Virus record (IMG/VR): IMGVR_UViG_3300042562_001046 | Coordinates: 2,776 to 66,775 of that record | Reading direction: 5' to 3' (one strand) | Length of the DNA: 64,000 nt | Origin: a virus | Shown: positions 10,403-20,131 of the stretch, in pieces | Position numbering within the stretch: the first letter of the stretch is position 1 | Layout of the letters: each line of letters opens with the position of its first letter | Translations under genes and position numbers: made by a program | Notes under the pieces: model-generated | Database searches by the model: none | Told to the model about the DNA's origin: nothing | What the model saw: only the letters and a program-made list of their open reading frames with translations

Positions 10403-10804
10403 TTACGTCGCCGGCTGTGTGATGGTGCACTGGGTGCAGGTAATCGTAGCGCCCGTTGTGATCGCGACTGCGGACACGATGAAGTCGGTCCCGGTCGTGC
10501 CAATTGAGCCGTAGACACGGAAGGTGCCGGCAGAATCTCCCAGTGCCGCATACCCTGCCGTTCCGGTTGCGACAGCTACGCCAATGGACGTATTGCCAGC
10601 GACCAGGGTCGCAACACCCGTCGCGGCGGCATTCCAGCCGGACGTCATGGTGACCTCGACAAGAAGAGTACCTGTAGGGGCAGTGTCGGCGCTGGCCGGC
10701 ACCGTCCCCGTGTAGAGCCGCAGCACCGCAGATGTACCCCCCCAGTTCGAGATCATGTTATCGACAATAGTGTTCCTGAGCCCTACGGCGAGTTTGATAG
10801 CCAT
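10403..10804 (-). CDS. Small virion protein, paralog family (LYxGxxPxSAD...GTAG)
   Basis: Shares motifs with the ORFs at 12050, 20585 and 10814. Confidence 0.75.
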   Translation of the reverse strand: MAIKLAVGLRNTIVDNMISNWGGTSAVLRLYTGTVPASADTAPTGTLLVEVTMTSGWNAAATGVATLVAGNTSIGVAVATGTAGYAALGDSAGTFRVYGSIGTTGTDFIVSAVAITTGATITCTQCTITQPAT

Positions 10805-10813
10805 GTGATGTCC

Positions 10814-11629
10814 TTAACTGATGATGATGCTCAGAGATTTGAGCGTGACGACGACGCCAGTGGTGAGGTTGAGCGAACTCAGAAGCACGTCGCCGCTTAG
10901 CGTGCCGACGCCGCACTGAATCGTCAGCCCGTTGGCCGACACCATCCGCATGTACCCGACCGTACCGGTGGCGACTGGGGTCAGTGACCGGGTCGCGGCC
11001 AGATTGATCAGGCCGGACGACGAGGCGATGAAGTCGGTACTCAGCAGGCTGGTCGTCGCCAGCACCGTGCCAGTGGCGGTATCGTCGGCACTCGCCGGAG
11101 CCGAGCCGCTGTAGAACGTGGCAACCGCGGCGTTCGTGGCGTGGAAGAACGAGATCGGCGTCGTGGCAGCGATGAACTGGTTCAGGATGGCGTTGCGCAG
11201 CGGCAGGCTGAGCAGCACGGTCCCGAACTGAGCCGGTACCGACAGCGGCATCGAGACCAGGTAGCCACCGGACACGATCATGTCCGCACCGGAGCCAGGT
11301 AGCCCTACTGTTTGCAGGTGGCCGATCAATATGAGGCTGGAGGCATTCCCCATTCGAGCTGACTTCAGATCCAGAAACTTCAGCACAGCGGGAGTCGGTT
11401 CGGACACAACGACGTCCGGCACGGCGACCGGCAGCAGTAAGTCGACAGCCCCGTCATAGACCGATCCCCAGCGCCCTGCTACTGACACGCCAACCGAGTT
11501 GTAGGCGCCCGACATACCATCGGCGCTGCTGGTAGGGTACACCGCCGTGATGGTGGAGGGGTATGGCGCTGCCGTACCCGCCAGACTCAAGGCCAGATAG
11601 GCAGGCCCAAAGGACTGGATGAACGCCAC
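10814..11629 (-). CDS. Virion protein with two tandem domains of the same paralog family
   Basis: The C-terminal half has FYSGSAPASADDTATGT...TGTVGYMR; the N-terminal half is a degenerate copy. GTG start. Confidence 0.7.
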   Translation of the reverse strand: MAFIQSFGPAYLALSLAGTAAPYPSTITAVYPTSSADGMSGAYNSVGVSVAGRWGSVYDGAVDLLLPVAVPDVVVSEPTPAVLKFLDLKSARMGNASSLILIGHLQTVGLPGSGADMIVSGGYLVSMPLSVPAQFGTVLLSLPLRNAILNQFIAATTPISFFHATNAAVATFYSGSAPASADDTATGTVLATTSLLSTDFIASSSGLINLAATRSLTPVATGTVGYMRMVSANGLTIQCGVGTLSGDVLLSSLNLTTGVVVTLKSLSIIIS

Positions 11630-11630
11630 C

Positions 11631-12038
11631 TTACGCGCCCGAGGTGAACGTGAACTTCGGCGTCACGGTGACGGAGTCGTTGGCAAACTGCGCCACGAAC
11701 GGCGAGGCAAACCGCTCCGACCAACGGATGATGGCGTCAGCGCCAACCACGTAATAGCCATAGATCGTCACGGCCGTACCGGCGGTGAAGGTCCAGGTCT
11801 GGGCCGTGTAGCTGGCCGCGCCGTTGGTGCCGTCATGAGTCTCGGTCCACGTCGCAGCCGCCAGGGCCTTCGAGGTGTAGCCAAGCGTGGTCATCTCGGT
11901 GTAGGTGGCAGCGACGTCGGCATCCGCAGGCGTGATGTTGTTGACGAACAGCTTCAGCGTCAGCGCGGCGGGGACTGTCTTCCCCAGCGCATCCTTGAGC
12001 ATCGCCGACTCACCGGCGTTGGGGACTTTAAGTGGCAT
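11631..12038 (-). CDS. Small virion/tail fibre-associated protein
   Basis: 135 aa, beta-rich (LKLFVNNITP...YGYYV...WSERF), in the late operon. Confidence 0.7.
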   Translation of the reverse strand: MPLKVPNAGESAMLKDALGKTVPAALTLKLFVNNITPADADVAATYTEMTTLGYTSKALAAATWTETHDGTNGAASYTAQTWTFTAGTAVTIYGYYVVGADAIIRWSERFASPFVAQFANDSVTVTPKFTFTSGA

Positions 12039-12049
12039 GGTTCAGCTCC

Positions 12050-12493
12050 TTAGGCTTGGGGCAGGGAAAACGCGGCGGCGGAAATCACGAACGGGGCTCC
12101 GACCAGCAGGCTGAGCGAGCCGAGGTTCATCTGCGAGCCGCTGGTGGCGATTGCGCCGTCATACCGGGCGGCAGTCGACGAGGCCGCTGTACCGGTGTCC
12201 GACGCTTCGCGTAGCCGGAACCAGCCAGCGGTGCCAGCAGTGCCGACCGTGGCCGACCAGGTCTGGCTGGCCAGCTTGCTCATCGCGCCGGCGGAGGCGG
12301 CAGACTCCCAGCTCAAGCCGACAGCGACGCCGTCTGAGTAGAGCGTGCACAGCTTGGTGCCACTTGCTGCGTCATCGGCCGAGGTGGGCTGCGTGCCGCT
12401 GTAGATGTCGATGAAGCCGAGAGCGAAGATCGTTCGGAACGCGGATGTGGCCATCATCTTGTTGACGAGGCCGGAGGAGAGGCGAGCAGCCAT
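12050..12493 (-). CDS. Small virion protein, paralog family
   Basis: Start at MAARLSSG with AAGGA RBS. Contains IYSGTQPTSADDAASGT...GTAGWFR. Confidence 0.75.
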   Translation of the reverse strand: MAARLSSGLVNKMMATSAFRTIFALGFIDIYSGTQPTSADDAASGTKLCTLYSDGVAVGLSWESAASAGAMSKLASQTWSATVGTAGTAGWFRLREASDTGTAASSTAARYDGAIATSGSQMNLGSLSLLVGAPFVISAAAFSLPQA

Positions 12494-12506
12494 GGTGGTT
12501 TCCTTT

Positions 12507-13733
12507 TCAGTTGAACAGAGATGCGACGTATTGCGGGGTTGCGCTACGTCGTTTGAGGAGAGCAGCACCCATAGACGCTGCAGGCGGGACGAACTGCCGC
12601 GCTGTCAGGTCCTTAGCGGTCCCTCCATTGCGGCCAACCGTCGGGCCGAGCCGCGACGTCCACATCACATAGGTGTCGGCATCAGCGCCGGCGTCGCCGC
12701 TGTCAGCCGGAGCCATGACGTCTGCGGAGACAGCGATCTCGGTGCCCATCACCGTCCCGTGCGGAGCGACGGGGCGGAGGTCGAACTTTTCCGGCTGGTC
12801 GCCGGACAGGAAGAGTGTGCGGTTCTTGGTGCCGACGAAAATGCCGTCAGCCACGGGGGAGAAAGTCTGGATGTCAGAGTCCAGCACCAGGAAGCCGTTG
12901 CGCAGATCAAACAGCTCGTACTCGAACGGCTGGCTGTAGAGCAGGAACGGGCCGGACGCCACGTAGGCTCGGCCCTTGTAGTGCCCCAGCACCTGGCCCG
13001 CTGGGGGAGGTCCCATGAACTGGGTGCGCACCGGGACAGTCTGTTCCGAAAGCGAGGTGATCGTGCAGCTGGGCTCAGCGTTGTCGAGTTCTACCGTCAG
13101 GAAGGGCAGATCCCCGTTCGTGGTGCTGACGTACAGGTGCTTGCGGACCACCCTGGGGTTGGTGGACACGGGGAGTTCAGCGAAGCTGATGCCGCCTGTC
13201 CCGTCTGGCTTGTTCGCGGTAAGAGCCGGACTACCGACCTGGACCGAGACCGCCATCGGCGCTCCTGACTCCCGCCCGTCAGCCCCGACAAAGGTCATGG
13301 TGCAGAGGTAGGTGCCGTAGGGCACGTGCCCCTGAACGCCCGCCGGTGTCAGCTGCGGCGGAGGCTTGATGCCCCAGGACTGGTTCTTGCCCTCGAGCAC
13401 CGCGCCTGATGTGGTGCCGTCGGTCCAGAACACCGTGCCGTTGATGGCGGTGTAGGCAACCCGCTTGCCTAAAATAGATATTAGATTTGAGGACGAGCCG
13501 TCAGGCAGGAAGCGCTTGAGCTGGCCGCCCTGGACGAACAGCCCCTGCGCCCCGTCGCTGAACGCGGAGTGCGCAGAGCCAGCGAACACCGTGGCGGTGC
13601 CAGCGCGGCGCTGCACCCTCCCCGACTCGTCGATGTCGATGTTGCGGCCATACAGCAGGTCACCGGGCGCGAAGCGCTCGGGACTGACGTCGTTGCGGAC
13701 GCCCTTCACTGCTGTGATCTCTGCATAGCCCAC
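12507..13733 (-). CDS. Putative tail/nozzle (stabilisation) protein
   Basis: 408 aa, beta-propeller-like, N-terminal GVRN...NIDIDESGRVQRRAG resembles podovirus tail proteins. Confidence 0.6.
   Translation of the reverse strand: MGYAEITAVKGVRNDVSPERFAPGDLLYGRNIDIDESGRVQRRAGTATVFAGSAHSAFSDGAQGLFVQGGQLKRFLPDGSSSNLISILGKRVAYTAINGTVFWTDGTTSGAVLEGKNQSWGIKPPPQLTPAGVQGHVPYGTYLCTMTFVGADGRESGAPMAVSVQVGSPALTANKPDGTGGISFAELPVSTNPRVVRKHLYVSTTNGDLPFLTVELDNAEPSCTITSLSEQTVPVRTQFMGPPPAGQVLGHYKGRAYVASGPFLLYSQPFEYELFDLRNGFLVLDSDIQTFSPVADGIFVGTKNRTLFLSGDQPEKFDLRPVAPHGTVMGTEIAVSADVMAPADSGDAGADADTYVMWTSRLGPTVGRNGGTAKDLTARQFVPPAASMGAALLKRRSATPQYVASLFN
13467..13486 (-). promoter_or_regulatory. 20-bp dispersed motif copy, intragenic (ATCTAATATCTATTTTAGGC)
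   Basis: AT-rich island inside a GC-rich CDS that matches the consensus. Confidence 0.55.
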
Positions 13734-13744
13734 GTCTATCGCCG

Positions 13745-13764
13745 ATCTAAGTTAGATAGTAGAT
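13745..13764 (-). promoter_or_regulatory. 20-bp dispersed motif copy (ATCTACTATCTAACTTAGAT)
   Basis: About 12 nt upstream of the start at 13733. Confidence 0.75.
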
Positions 13765-13775
13765 ATTGTAGGCGT

Positions 13776-13994
13776 TTAAGGCATGGACTGCGCGGCTGTG
13801 CCGGGAGGCGGGAACATGCCGGGGCGGAACATGCCCGGCATGCCCGGCATACCCGGCATGCCCGGCATACCTGGGAACCTCGGGGTGGTGCTGCAGGCGC
13901 AGGAGAACACGTTCTGCGGCGGTCGGCCCTCGGTCCAGACGCCGTCGTTGTAGATAGGTGCGCCGCACTGGGGGCAGGAGGAGGTTTGTTTCAT
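13776..13994 (-). CDS. Small Cys-containing protein with (PGM)n tract
   Basis: CPQC...CAC followed by PGMPGMPGMPGMPGM, encoded by a 9-bp repeat. Confidence 0.55.
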   Translation of the reverse strand: MKQTSSCPQCGAPIYNDGVWTEGRPPQNVFSCACSTTPRFPGMPGMPGMPGMPGMFRPGMFPPPGTAAQSMP

Positions 13995-14025
13995 GATTGA
14001 GTTGGTAGTTAGGTTTATTGAATGG

Positions 14026-15729
14026 CTAGTTGATGCCGCTAATCAGCATCCCCACCGCGCCCTCTTCGTTTGGTTGGAGCGCCCTCATTTCCTCTGGCGG
14101 TAGATCAACAAGGACACCGTCGCGCCAGGCAAACCCGACAGTGTTACCGTAAAGCGGGGAAAGGTTAGTGTTCGTTGCGGCGTATTGAAAGTCGTTGCCA
14201 ACGATGACTCGCCCTGATCTAGAACACCCTTCGAGCCTCAAATATCCTTCCGGACGAGCGTCGCTTCCTTTAAGTATTTCCAGTGCATACGATCCGTCCG
14301 CCCCGCGCCTGAGAACCCAAGCGTGTCGTCGCCTTGCATAGCGCCCATATGCATCCGCCAAATATTCGCCATTAGAGTTCTGGGGATTTCCGTCGAAGTC
14401 TTCAAAGTTTCCAACCACCACAGATCCGTCGTCCGACATACCTTGGGGCCTCCCACTGCCATTATTCGGGAAAACAAAAGTGGAAAGGCCTTCTGGCCCC
14501 CAGAAGCAAATTACAGAGCGGCGTCCGCCGGAGCCGAAGGCGCCCCAGGCGCCTTCTTCGACAGGCCGGTATCCGACTATCAACTGCCCGTCCTTAGACA
14601 GGTGAGTAGCACGTGCCCAGACAACTTTAACGGTCGTATAACTGATAGTGGTATCTGACATCCATGAGTCTTGGAGCAAGCCAGAAAGGGGTGGGCCGGG
14701 GTCCAAAAGTTCAAAGACTCCGTCGCGCCAAACGCAGGGCAAAATCGAATGAACCAGGTAGCTGCCCCACTCTTGCGATTCAGCCCAAAAGCATCCGCAC
14801 GCCGTGCGACCGTCCTCTGAAACTGCGAATGCCTCGGAAGCTCCGGCACTATAATTTCGAAGAGCATAGGTAAAGCCGTACAAAGGGTTACCGGAATAGT
14901 AAGTTTCATAGTACGCTGCAATCCTAGGGTCTAAACGAAACCCCCGCTGCCAAAGGACCTCCCCACTCGGTAGTCTTACGTTCTCGGGAATTTCCAAAAC
15001 GGTTGTCTGGAACTCGCTATCGCTATCGCTATCGCTTAGCCTAGAAGTTGCGGCCAGTCGATAAAATTTGTTTAAAAAGACATCGCCTCCGTTGGCGAGC
15101 GAAACATACCCACACGCCGCTCGGCCATTTCCCGAAATACCGTATGGGTAGAAACGAAGAGGATAAACAGGATTCAATCTGAAGAAGTCAGCAAAAGTTT
15201 CATCGGGGATGCCAGCGGGGATGCCGAGGGGGTATTTGAGGTATGTATCCGGTACCTCAGTTACCGTTCCGAAGGTGCTCCCCTCAAAAGTTTTTCGGTC
15301 GAAAAGCCCAAAAACACCGTAACTTGTTTGAATTAATTTTTTTCCGTCTCGAGATATAAAGCGGTGGGGGCCATAGAAAATGCCGTTGTAGTTACTTATG
15401 TAGCCGGTGTCGGAATCACGTTTACCCCAAGTGTAAAGGCGCCAGCGATAGACCGACGCAAGACTGGTCGTCGGAAACCTAAAGTACACAGCCCCTACTA
15501 TTATCTCCGGGTTGATAACCGTCACCAAAGCCCGAACCACATCCCCGATTTTCTGAAACAAAATCCGGCCGGATGAATTCTCAATAGCCCGCTGCATCGG
15601 AGCCGCGCCACTCTCCATGGCGTACGCCATCTTCCTGGCCAGGCCGTACAGCGTGGCGTCTTGGTTGCTGTCTGTGTAGACGACGATGGGCATATAAAAA
15701 GGGGGCAGCGGGTTGGGAAACTGGGGCAC
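14026..15729 (-). CDS. Putative receptor-binding protein with HAF-like beta-propeller repeats, low GC
   Basis: Repeats of the form ISxDGxxxxG (ISRDGKK, ISGNGRAACG, VSEDGRTACG, LSKDGQLIVG, MSDDGSVVVG, CSRSGRVIVG). Visibly more AT-rich than its flanks. Confidence 0.65.
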   Translation of the reverse strand: MPQFPNPLPPFYMPIVVYTDSNQDATLYGLARKMAYAMESGAAPMQRAIENSSGRILFQKIGDVVRALVTVINPEIIVGAVYFRFPTTSLASVYRWRLYTWGKRDSDTGYISNYNGIFYGPHRFISRDGKKLIQTSYGVFGLFDRKTFEGSTFGTVTEVPDTYLKYPLGIPAGIPDETFADFFRLNPVYPLRFYPYGISGNGRAACGYVSLANGGDVFLNKFYRLAATSRLSDSDSDSEFQTTVLEIPENVRLPSGEVLWQRGFRLDPRIAAYYETYYSGNPLYGFTYALRNYSAGASEAFAVSEDGRTACGCFWAESQEWGSYLVHSILPCVWRDGVFELLDPGPPLSGLLQDSWMSDTTISYTTVKVVWARATHLSKDGQLIVGYRPVEEGAWGAFGSGGRRSVICFWGPEGLSTFVFPNNGSGRPQGMSDDGSVVVGNFEDFDGNPQNSNGEYLADAYGRYARRRHAWVLRRGADGSYALEILKGSDARPEGYLRLEGCSRSGRVIVGNDFQYAATNTNLSPLYGNTVGFAWRDGVLVDLPPEEMRALQPNEEGAVGMLISGIN

Positions 15730-15800
15730 TATTCCAGGCGCGACCTACACCCGCTGCTGGTATTCGGGCCGCAGCCCGTGGTCGCTAAAACGTGTGGTGT

Positions 15801-16082
15801 TCAAGTCTCTTTCACCTTGATCACGATCTCGACCTGCTTCACGCGGCTGCCAACAGTGGTCAGCGTCACAGTGACCTTGTAGCTGATGCCATCAGCTCCG
15901 CCCAGCACCCAGACCTTCACCACGCCGTCGACCAGCGTGAACGACGACAGGGTTAAGCCGGTTTCGACAACGACCGTGGCAGACGCGCCTGCGTCGCCCA
16001 GCTTTGCCAGCCAGGGGACGAAGCTGATGTCATAGTCCTGCCGATCGGCGGGCTGCTTTACAAATTTCTTCAGGATGCTCAT
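15801..16082 (-). CDS. Phage fibre-tail adaptor-like protein
   Basis: KQPADRQDYDISF..WL...VKVWVLGG..G.SYKVTV pattern typical of this small family. Confidence 0.65.
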   Translation of the reverse strand: MSILKKFVKQPADRQDYDISFVPWLAKLGDAGASATVVVETGLTLSSFTLVDGVVKVWVLGGADGISYKVTVTLTTVGSRVKQVEIVIKVKET

Positions 16083-17107
16083 AGCTGGGCGACTCCGGGT
16101 TCTGGTAGCACGAGGCTGGTGTAGTTCTCCGGCGCGACCGAGGCGGTGTAGCCTTCCCCCGGGACCAGCGTGAGGTACGACAGCGCCTCGACGTAAGCGA
16201 CGAAGCTGCTGGGCGCGGTAGACGGCAGGAACAGCAGCTCAGCTGCGGCATCCTGGGCTATTGACGGCAGCAGCGCGGTACTCTGCCCCCGGCTGAGCGC
16301 AGCGGCCAGGGCGCTCTGCAGGAACGCCTGCAGGGGCTGGTCGACGGCGGCCTTGGCGTAGGCCAGCGCCGTGGCGCTTGGGGTCAGCGCTGGGAGGGTC
16401 TGGTCCGAGGTTGCAGACGCCCGGGCGGTGGCAGCGGCGCTCTGGCTGAAGTCCAGCAGGGTCTGCTCTGCCGCACCCACCGCCGGGGCGAGAACTGCCA
16501 ACCCCGTCGCCGCCTGGTCCAAGGCCTGCAGGGTCTGGGCCGAAGCACCGGTTGCGACCGCTTGTCCCGTCGCAGCCGCAGTGACCGCGGGCAGGGGCTG
16601 AGATGCCTCGCCCTGTGCGGTAGTCTGCCCAACAGAGGTCTGACTGAGCGCCGGCAAGGTCTGCGCTGCCGTGCCCTCGGAGACGGCTTGGCCGGTGGCC
16701 GTGGCCGTGAGCGCCGGCAAGGTCTGCGCTGCTGCAGCCTGCGCTGCGGTCTGTCCGACAGAGGTCTGGCTGAGCGCCAGCAGGGTCTGCGCTGCTGCAG
16801 CCTGCGCCGTAGTCTGCCCGACAGAGGTCTGGCTGAGCGCCAGCAGGGTCTGCGCTGCTGCAGCTGCTGCGACGGCCTGGCCTACTGCCGTCTGGCTAAC
16901 CTGCTCCAAGCCTTGTAGAGCCTGGCCTGTCGCCGTGTCTGTGGCTGTCAGACCCGACGCGGTCTGGGTGAGGGCCGGCAGAGTCTGGGCCGCATCACCC
17001 TGGGCGACAGCCTGACCGCTTGCCGACTGGCTTACGAGGGCGAGAGACTGCGCTGCTGAACCGTAAGCAGCGCCGCTCGCCGCCTGGAATAAGAGCAGCA
17101 GCGACAT
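16079..17107 (-). CDS. Ala/Gln/Thr-rich 21-aa repeat virion protein
   Basis: 63-bp repeats (ACAGAGGTCTGGCTGAGCGCC at 16758 and 16821) giving QTLxALxQxAxG units. Confidence 0.7.
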   Translation of the reverse strand: MSLLLLFQAASGAAYGSAAQSLALVSQSASGQAVAQGDAAQTLPALTQTASGLTATDTATGQALQGLEQVSQTAVGQAVAAAAAAQTLLALSQTSVGQTTAQAAAAQTLLALSQTSVGQTAAQAAAAQTLPALTATATGQAVSEGTAAQTLPALSQTSVGQTTAQGEASQPLPAVTAAATGQAVATGASAQTLQALDQAATGLAVLAPAVGAAEQTLLDFSQSAAATARASATSDQTLPALTPSATALAYAKAAVDQPLQAFLQSALAAALSRGQSTALLPSIAQDAAAELLFLPSTAPSSFVAYVEALSYLTLVPGEGYTASVAPENYTSLVLPEPGVAQL

Positions 17108-17110
17108 GGA

Positions 17111-17281
17111 TTACCCCGCCGGGATGGCGCGCAGGGCGTCCAGCGTTTTGTTGATCTCAACCGCTTGGCGTTCGATCTCGGCCAGTTGCGCCGCATCTCC
17201 GACCTGCACCGCGCTGGCGCGGATTTGGTCGAGGCGCGACAGCCGCGCTTGGGCTAGGGCAATCAGTTCGGCGGTGTACAT
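17111..17281 (-). CDS. Small coiled-coil protein, 56 aa (not in ORF track)
   Basis: MYTAELIALAQARLSRLDQIR...TLDALRAIPAG*, with AAGGA RBS, fills the gap between adjacent genes. Confidence 0.7.
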   Translation of the reverse strand: MYTAELIALAQARLSRLDQIRASAVQVGDAAQLAEIERQAVEINKTLDALRAIPAG

Positions 17282-17290
17282 GATTGATCC

Positions 17291-20122
17291 TTACAAGATG
17301 ACAGCACGGGACATGAGCGTGCCGGTGTTTTGCAGGCTGTACAGGAACGGCGTGCCGTCCGGGGCATCCATCACCTCCAACAGGTTACCGATATGCACAG
17401 CGTTCTGGGTGATGATGGTTGTCCCCATCGCCGTGATTCGGTTCGTGATAGTGTTGTACGCAAAGACCCGAACCGGGCCGTTGAGCACCGAGCGCGTCAT
17501 GAACACGGTGTCTACCCCGTCATAAGCGTAGCTGGATCCGATGTTGAACAACTCGGCCTGCGGCAGTGTGTACAAGCCAAACTGCCACTTCTGCGAGGCC
17601 AGATCGAACACATCGACGATGTTGCTGCCGCCGCCTCGCGGTGAGTACATCTGGCGCTTGCCCTTGGCGGTAGACGCCCCCCAGGTCCAGACCAGATTGG
17701 TGCCCGCTGCGCGAGGCTGGACTGCCAGGATCGCATAGACGCTGGTGGTGTCCACCGTGCCGGTGATGGTCATGGCCGTGGCGGTGTTGGCGGTGATCGT
17801 GGTCTCGGTGCCCATGGCCGTCCCAGCCGTGATACGCATGCGCTTGCCGATCCACTGGCCGACAGCAAACTTCTTGGTGCCGGTCTCTGTAATCAGGGAT
17901 GCCGCGCCCGCGGTCGCCAAGCCCCAGCAGTCGGCAATCTCATAGTGCACCGTAGCGTCTGGCGTAAAAGCCTGCGCCGAAAAAGTCAGCGTGGTCGCGG
18001 TGTTGCTGATGATCGTGATGCGCCCGGAGCCGTAACCGGTGCCTGCTTCAACCTTGAACACGTACCCAGCCCACTGGTCAGGCACCCAGTTTTTGCTGGC
18101 GTCGATCAGCGTCGTGGTACTTCCGCCCGTTGCCGCACCGTAGCCCGACATGCCGTCTTCTTTTCGCTGGTCGTCGATACCGAAAATCTTGCTGTCGTAG
18201 ATCACATACTTGCCGGTACCAGCCACTGCGGCTGTGCCCAACGTGGTCGTGACGGTGTTGGCGGTGTTAGACACAATCCAGCGGATCGCGGCGACGGGTG
18301 TGGTACCTGGCAGCATGTTGTGCAGCAAGCGCCCGACATGCTCGTTGACGACCCAGTTTTTGGTCGAGTCAGTCAGCACGGTGGTGGACAGCGCCAAGGC
18401 TGTTGCCATACTCAAGGCCGCCGTCGTATTCACGGAGAACGTGATGGCGGAGGCACTGATCAGACTGACACCTGTAATCGTGTAGGCTGCATTCCAAGCG
18501 GCGTCGGTGCAGCCCGAGAAGGTCACGGTGTCGCCGCGCTTGAACCAGGCTGCTGTCGCGCAAAGAATGTTGGCCGTGGGACCCGCTGCTGTGATGTTGA
18601 TCGTGCAGCCTGTACCGGTGCCGCCGGTTGTGGCTTTGCCCGTGCCCACGGTATACCCTGTGCCTGTGCCCGCGTTGACCAGAGCCAGACCAGTAACAAC
18701 GCCACCCGAGGTTATGCTGGTCACAATGACCTGAGCGCCTGTGCCACCCACGGCGCACGTCAGCGTGTCGCCTATAGAGTACGAAGTGCCGCCTGCCGTG
18801 GGGCTGGCGTTAATGCTCTGCACACCTAGCGCAATGCGGATACCAGAGGCCACACCGATCGGTGCCCAGCCGGCTTGGGTCGCGGCAATGGTGTTGACGA
18901 TGCCGTCGTCAAAATACGCGCCCTGGCTCCAGATATCGTTCTCGGTGTCGTAAGCCAGCAGGGAGGCGTTGGCGTTGCCGCACATGTAGATGCGGTTGTA
19001 GTCGGGCCACACTTCATAAGTGCTGGTGCTGTCGGGGGTTACGTCCCAATTTTTGCTGACCGTGAAGACCGTGGCCGTGTTCCAGACCAGGCGGCGGGTT
19101 TGGCCCGCGCCTGTGCCGCCCGTGATGACCAAGCGGTGGTTGTCCCAAGCACCCACAGCGAGGGTCTGGCCCGCATCGGCCAGTGTGCGCAGCGTGCCCG
19201 TGACAGCGCCCACCTTGGTCGCCAGTGCCGTGCCGATCTTGCCGGTGCGCTCAATACAGAAATCGGTGCTGAGCACAGCTAAGGCCAAACTTTGAGACAC
19301 CGTTTTGGTCTGCCACACGTCGTGCGCCACATCGTAGTATTGCAGCGACATAAACGGCGCAGCAGCCGCAGAACTGAACAGGTACACGCCGCCGGTTTGG
19401 GCGACGCTGTAAGACGTCGAGTCGGGGATCACAGTCCAGGCGGGCACGTTGTACGTGCTGGACATGATCTGGTAGTGTGAGCCAGCCACCGGCTGTGCAT
19501 ACGGCGCAATCGCGTTAAAAGGCTGGTTGTTCCAAGGTTCGTGCGACTGCAGGTTGGCGTCGGAAAAGAAGAGTTGCGTGGCGTCGTTGTACAGCACTTT
19601 TTTGTACTGCGTGGCGTTAGTGCCGAAAGTGATGCCCACCAGGTAGCCTACCCACTGGTTGATCGCCCACTTCTTGAGCGAATCCGCGATGAGTACCGCA
19701 CTTGATGTAGTCACTACACCTACATCGTGGGTGGTCTCATAGGCAAAGGTCAACACCCGCTCTTGCCCGGCACCCGCGCCGTTGAGGATCAGCAGCGACT
19801 CACCATCCAGCAAACCGCCACGCAGGCCTGGCAGCGTCACGCTTGTTGAGGTGGCCGCCAATACTTTTTGGTGGTAGCCGCGACGCTTGCTGTACACCAT
19901 GTCCACTCCGATGGTGGGCGCGAGAGGCGGCGTGGCGAGCAGCTGGTAGGTGTCGGCCACGGTATCCAAGCGGTAGAACAAGCCCGCCGAGATGTAGTAC
20001 AGAAAACGGTCGTTGCCCTCCTCTTTGGTCGTCATTGTCGACAACGCGCTAGAGGCAGTGGGCGCTTGGTTGATGGTCGTCCACTCGGGGAGATCGACCA
20101 TGGGGCGGTTGGTGTTTGCCAT
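17291..20122 (-). CDS. Large tail fibre/spike-like protein
   Basis: 943 aa with repeated (L)xDxxKxWxxxxWxG...GTGxG modules, flanked by kelch-like propeller segments. Confidence 0.7.
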   Translation of the reverse strand: MANTNRPMVDLPEWTTINQAPTASSALSTMTTKEEGNDRFLYYISAGLFYRLDTVADTYQLLATPPLAPTIGVDMVYSKRRGYHQKVLAATSTSVTLPGLRGGLLDGESLLILNGAGAGQERVLTFAYETTHDVGVVTTSSAVLIADSLKKWAINQWVGYLVGITFGTNATQYKKVLYNDATQLFFSDANLQSHEPWNNQPFNAIAPYAQPVAGSHYQIMSSTYNVPAWTVIPDSTSYSVAQTGGVYLFSSAAAAPFMSLQYYDVAHDVWQTKTVSQSLALAVLSTDFCIERTGKIGTALATKVGAVTGTLRTLADAGQTLAVGAWDNHRLVITGGTGAGQTRRLVWNTATVFTVSKNWDVTPDSTSTYEVWPDYNRIYMCGNANASLLAYDTENDIWSQGAYFDDGIVNTIAATQAGWAPIGVASGIRIALGVQSINASPTAGGTSYSIGDTLTCAVGGTGAQVIVTSITSGGVVTGLALVNAGTGTGYTVGTGKATTGGTGTGCTINITAAGPTANILCATAAWFKRGDTVTFSGCTDAAWNAAYTITGVSLISASAITFSVNTTAALSMATALALSTTVLTDSTKNWVVNEHVGRLLHNMLPGTTPVAAIRWIVSNTANTVTTTLGTAAVAGTGKYVIYDSKIFGIDDQRKEDGMSGYGAATGGSTTTLIDASKNWVPDQWAGYVFKVEAGTGYGSGRITIISNTATTLTFSAQAFTPDATVHYEIADCWGLATAGAASLITETGTKKFAVGQWIGKRMRITAGTAMGTETTITANTATAMTITGTVDTTSVYAILAVQPRAAGTNLVWTWGASTAKGKRQMYSPRGGGSNIVDVFDLASQKWQFGLYTLPQAELFNIGSSYAYDGVDTVFMTRSVLNGPVRVFAYNTITNRITAMGTTIITQNAVHIGNLLEVMDAPDGTPFLYSLQNTGTLMSRAVIL

Positions 20123-20131
20123 TTTCGTTCC

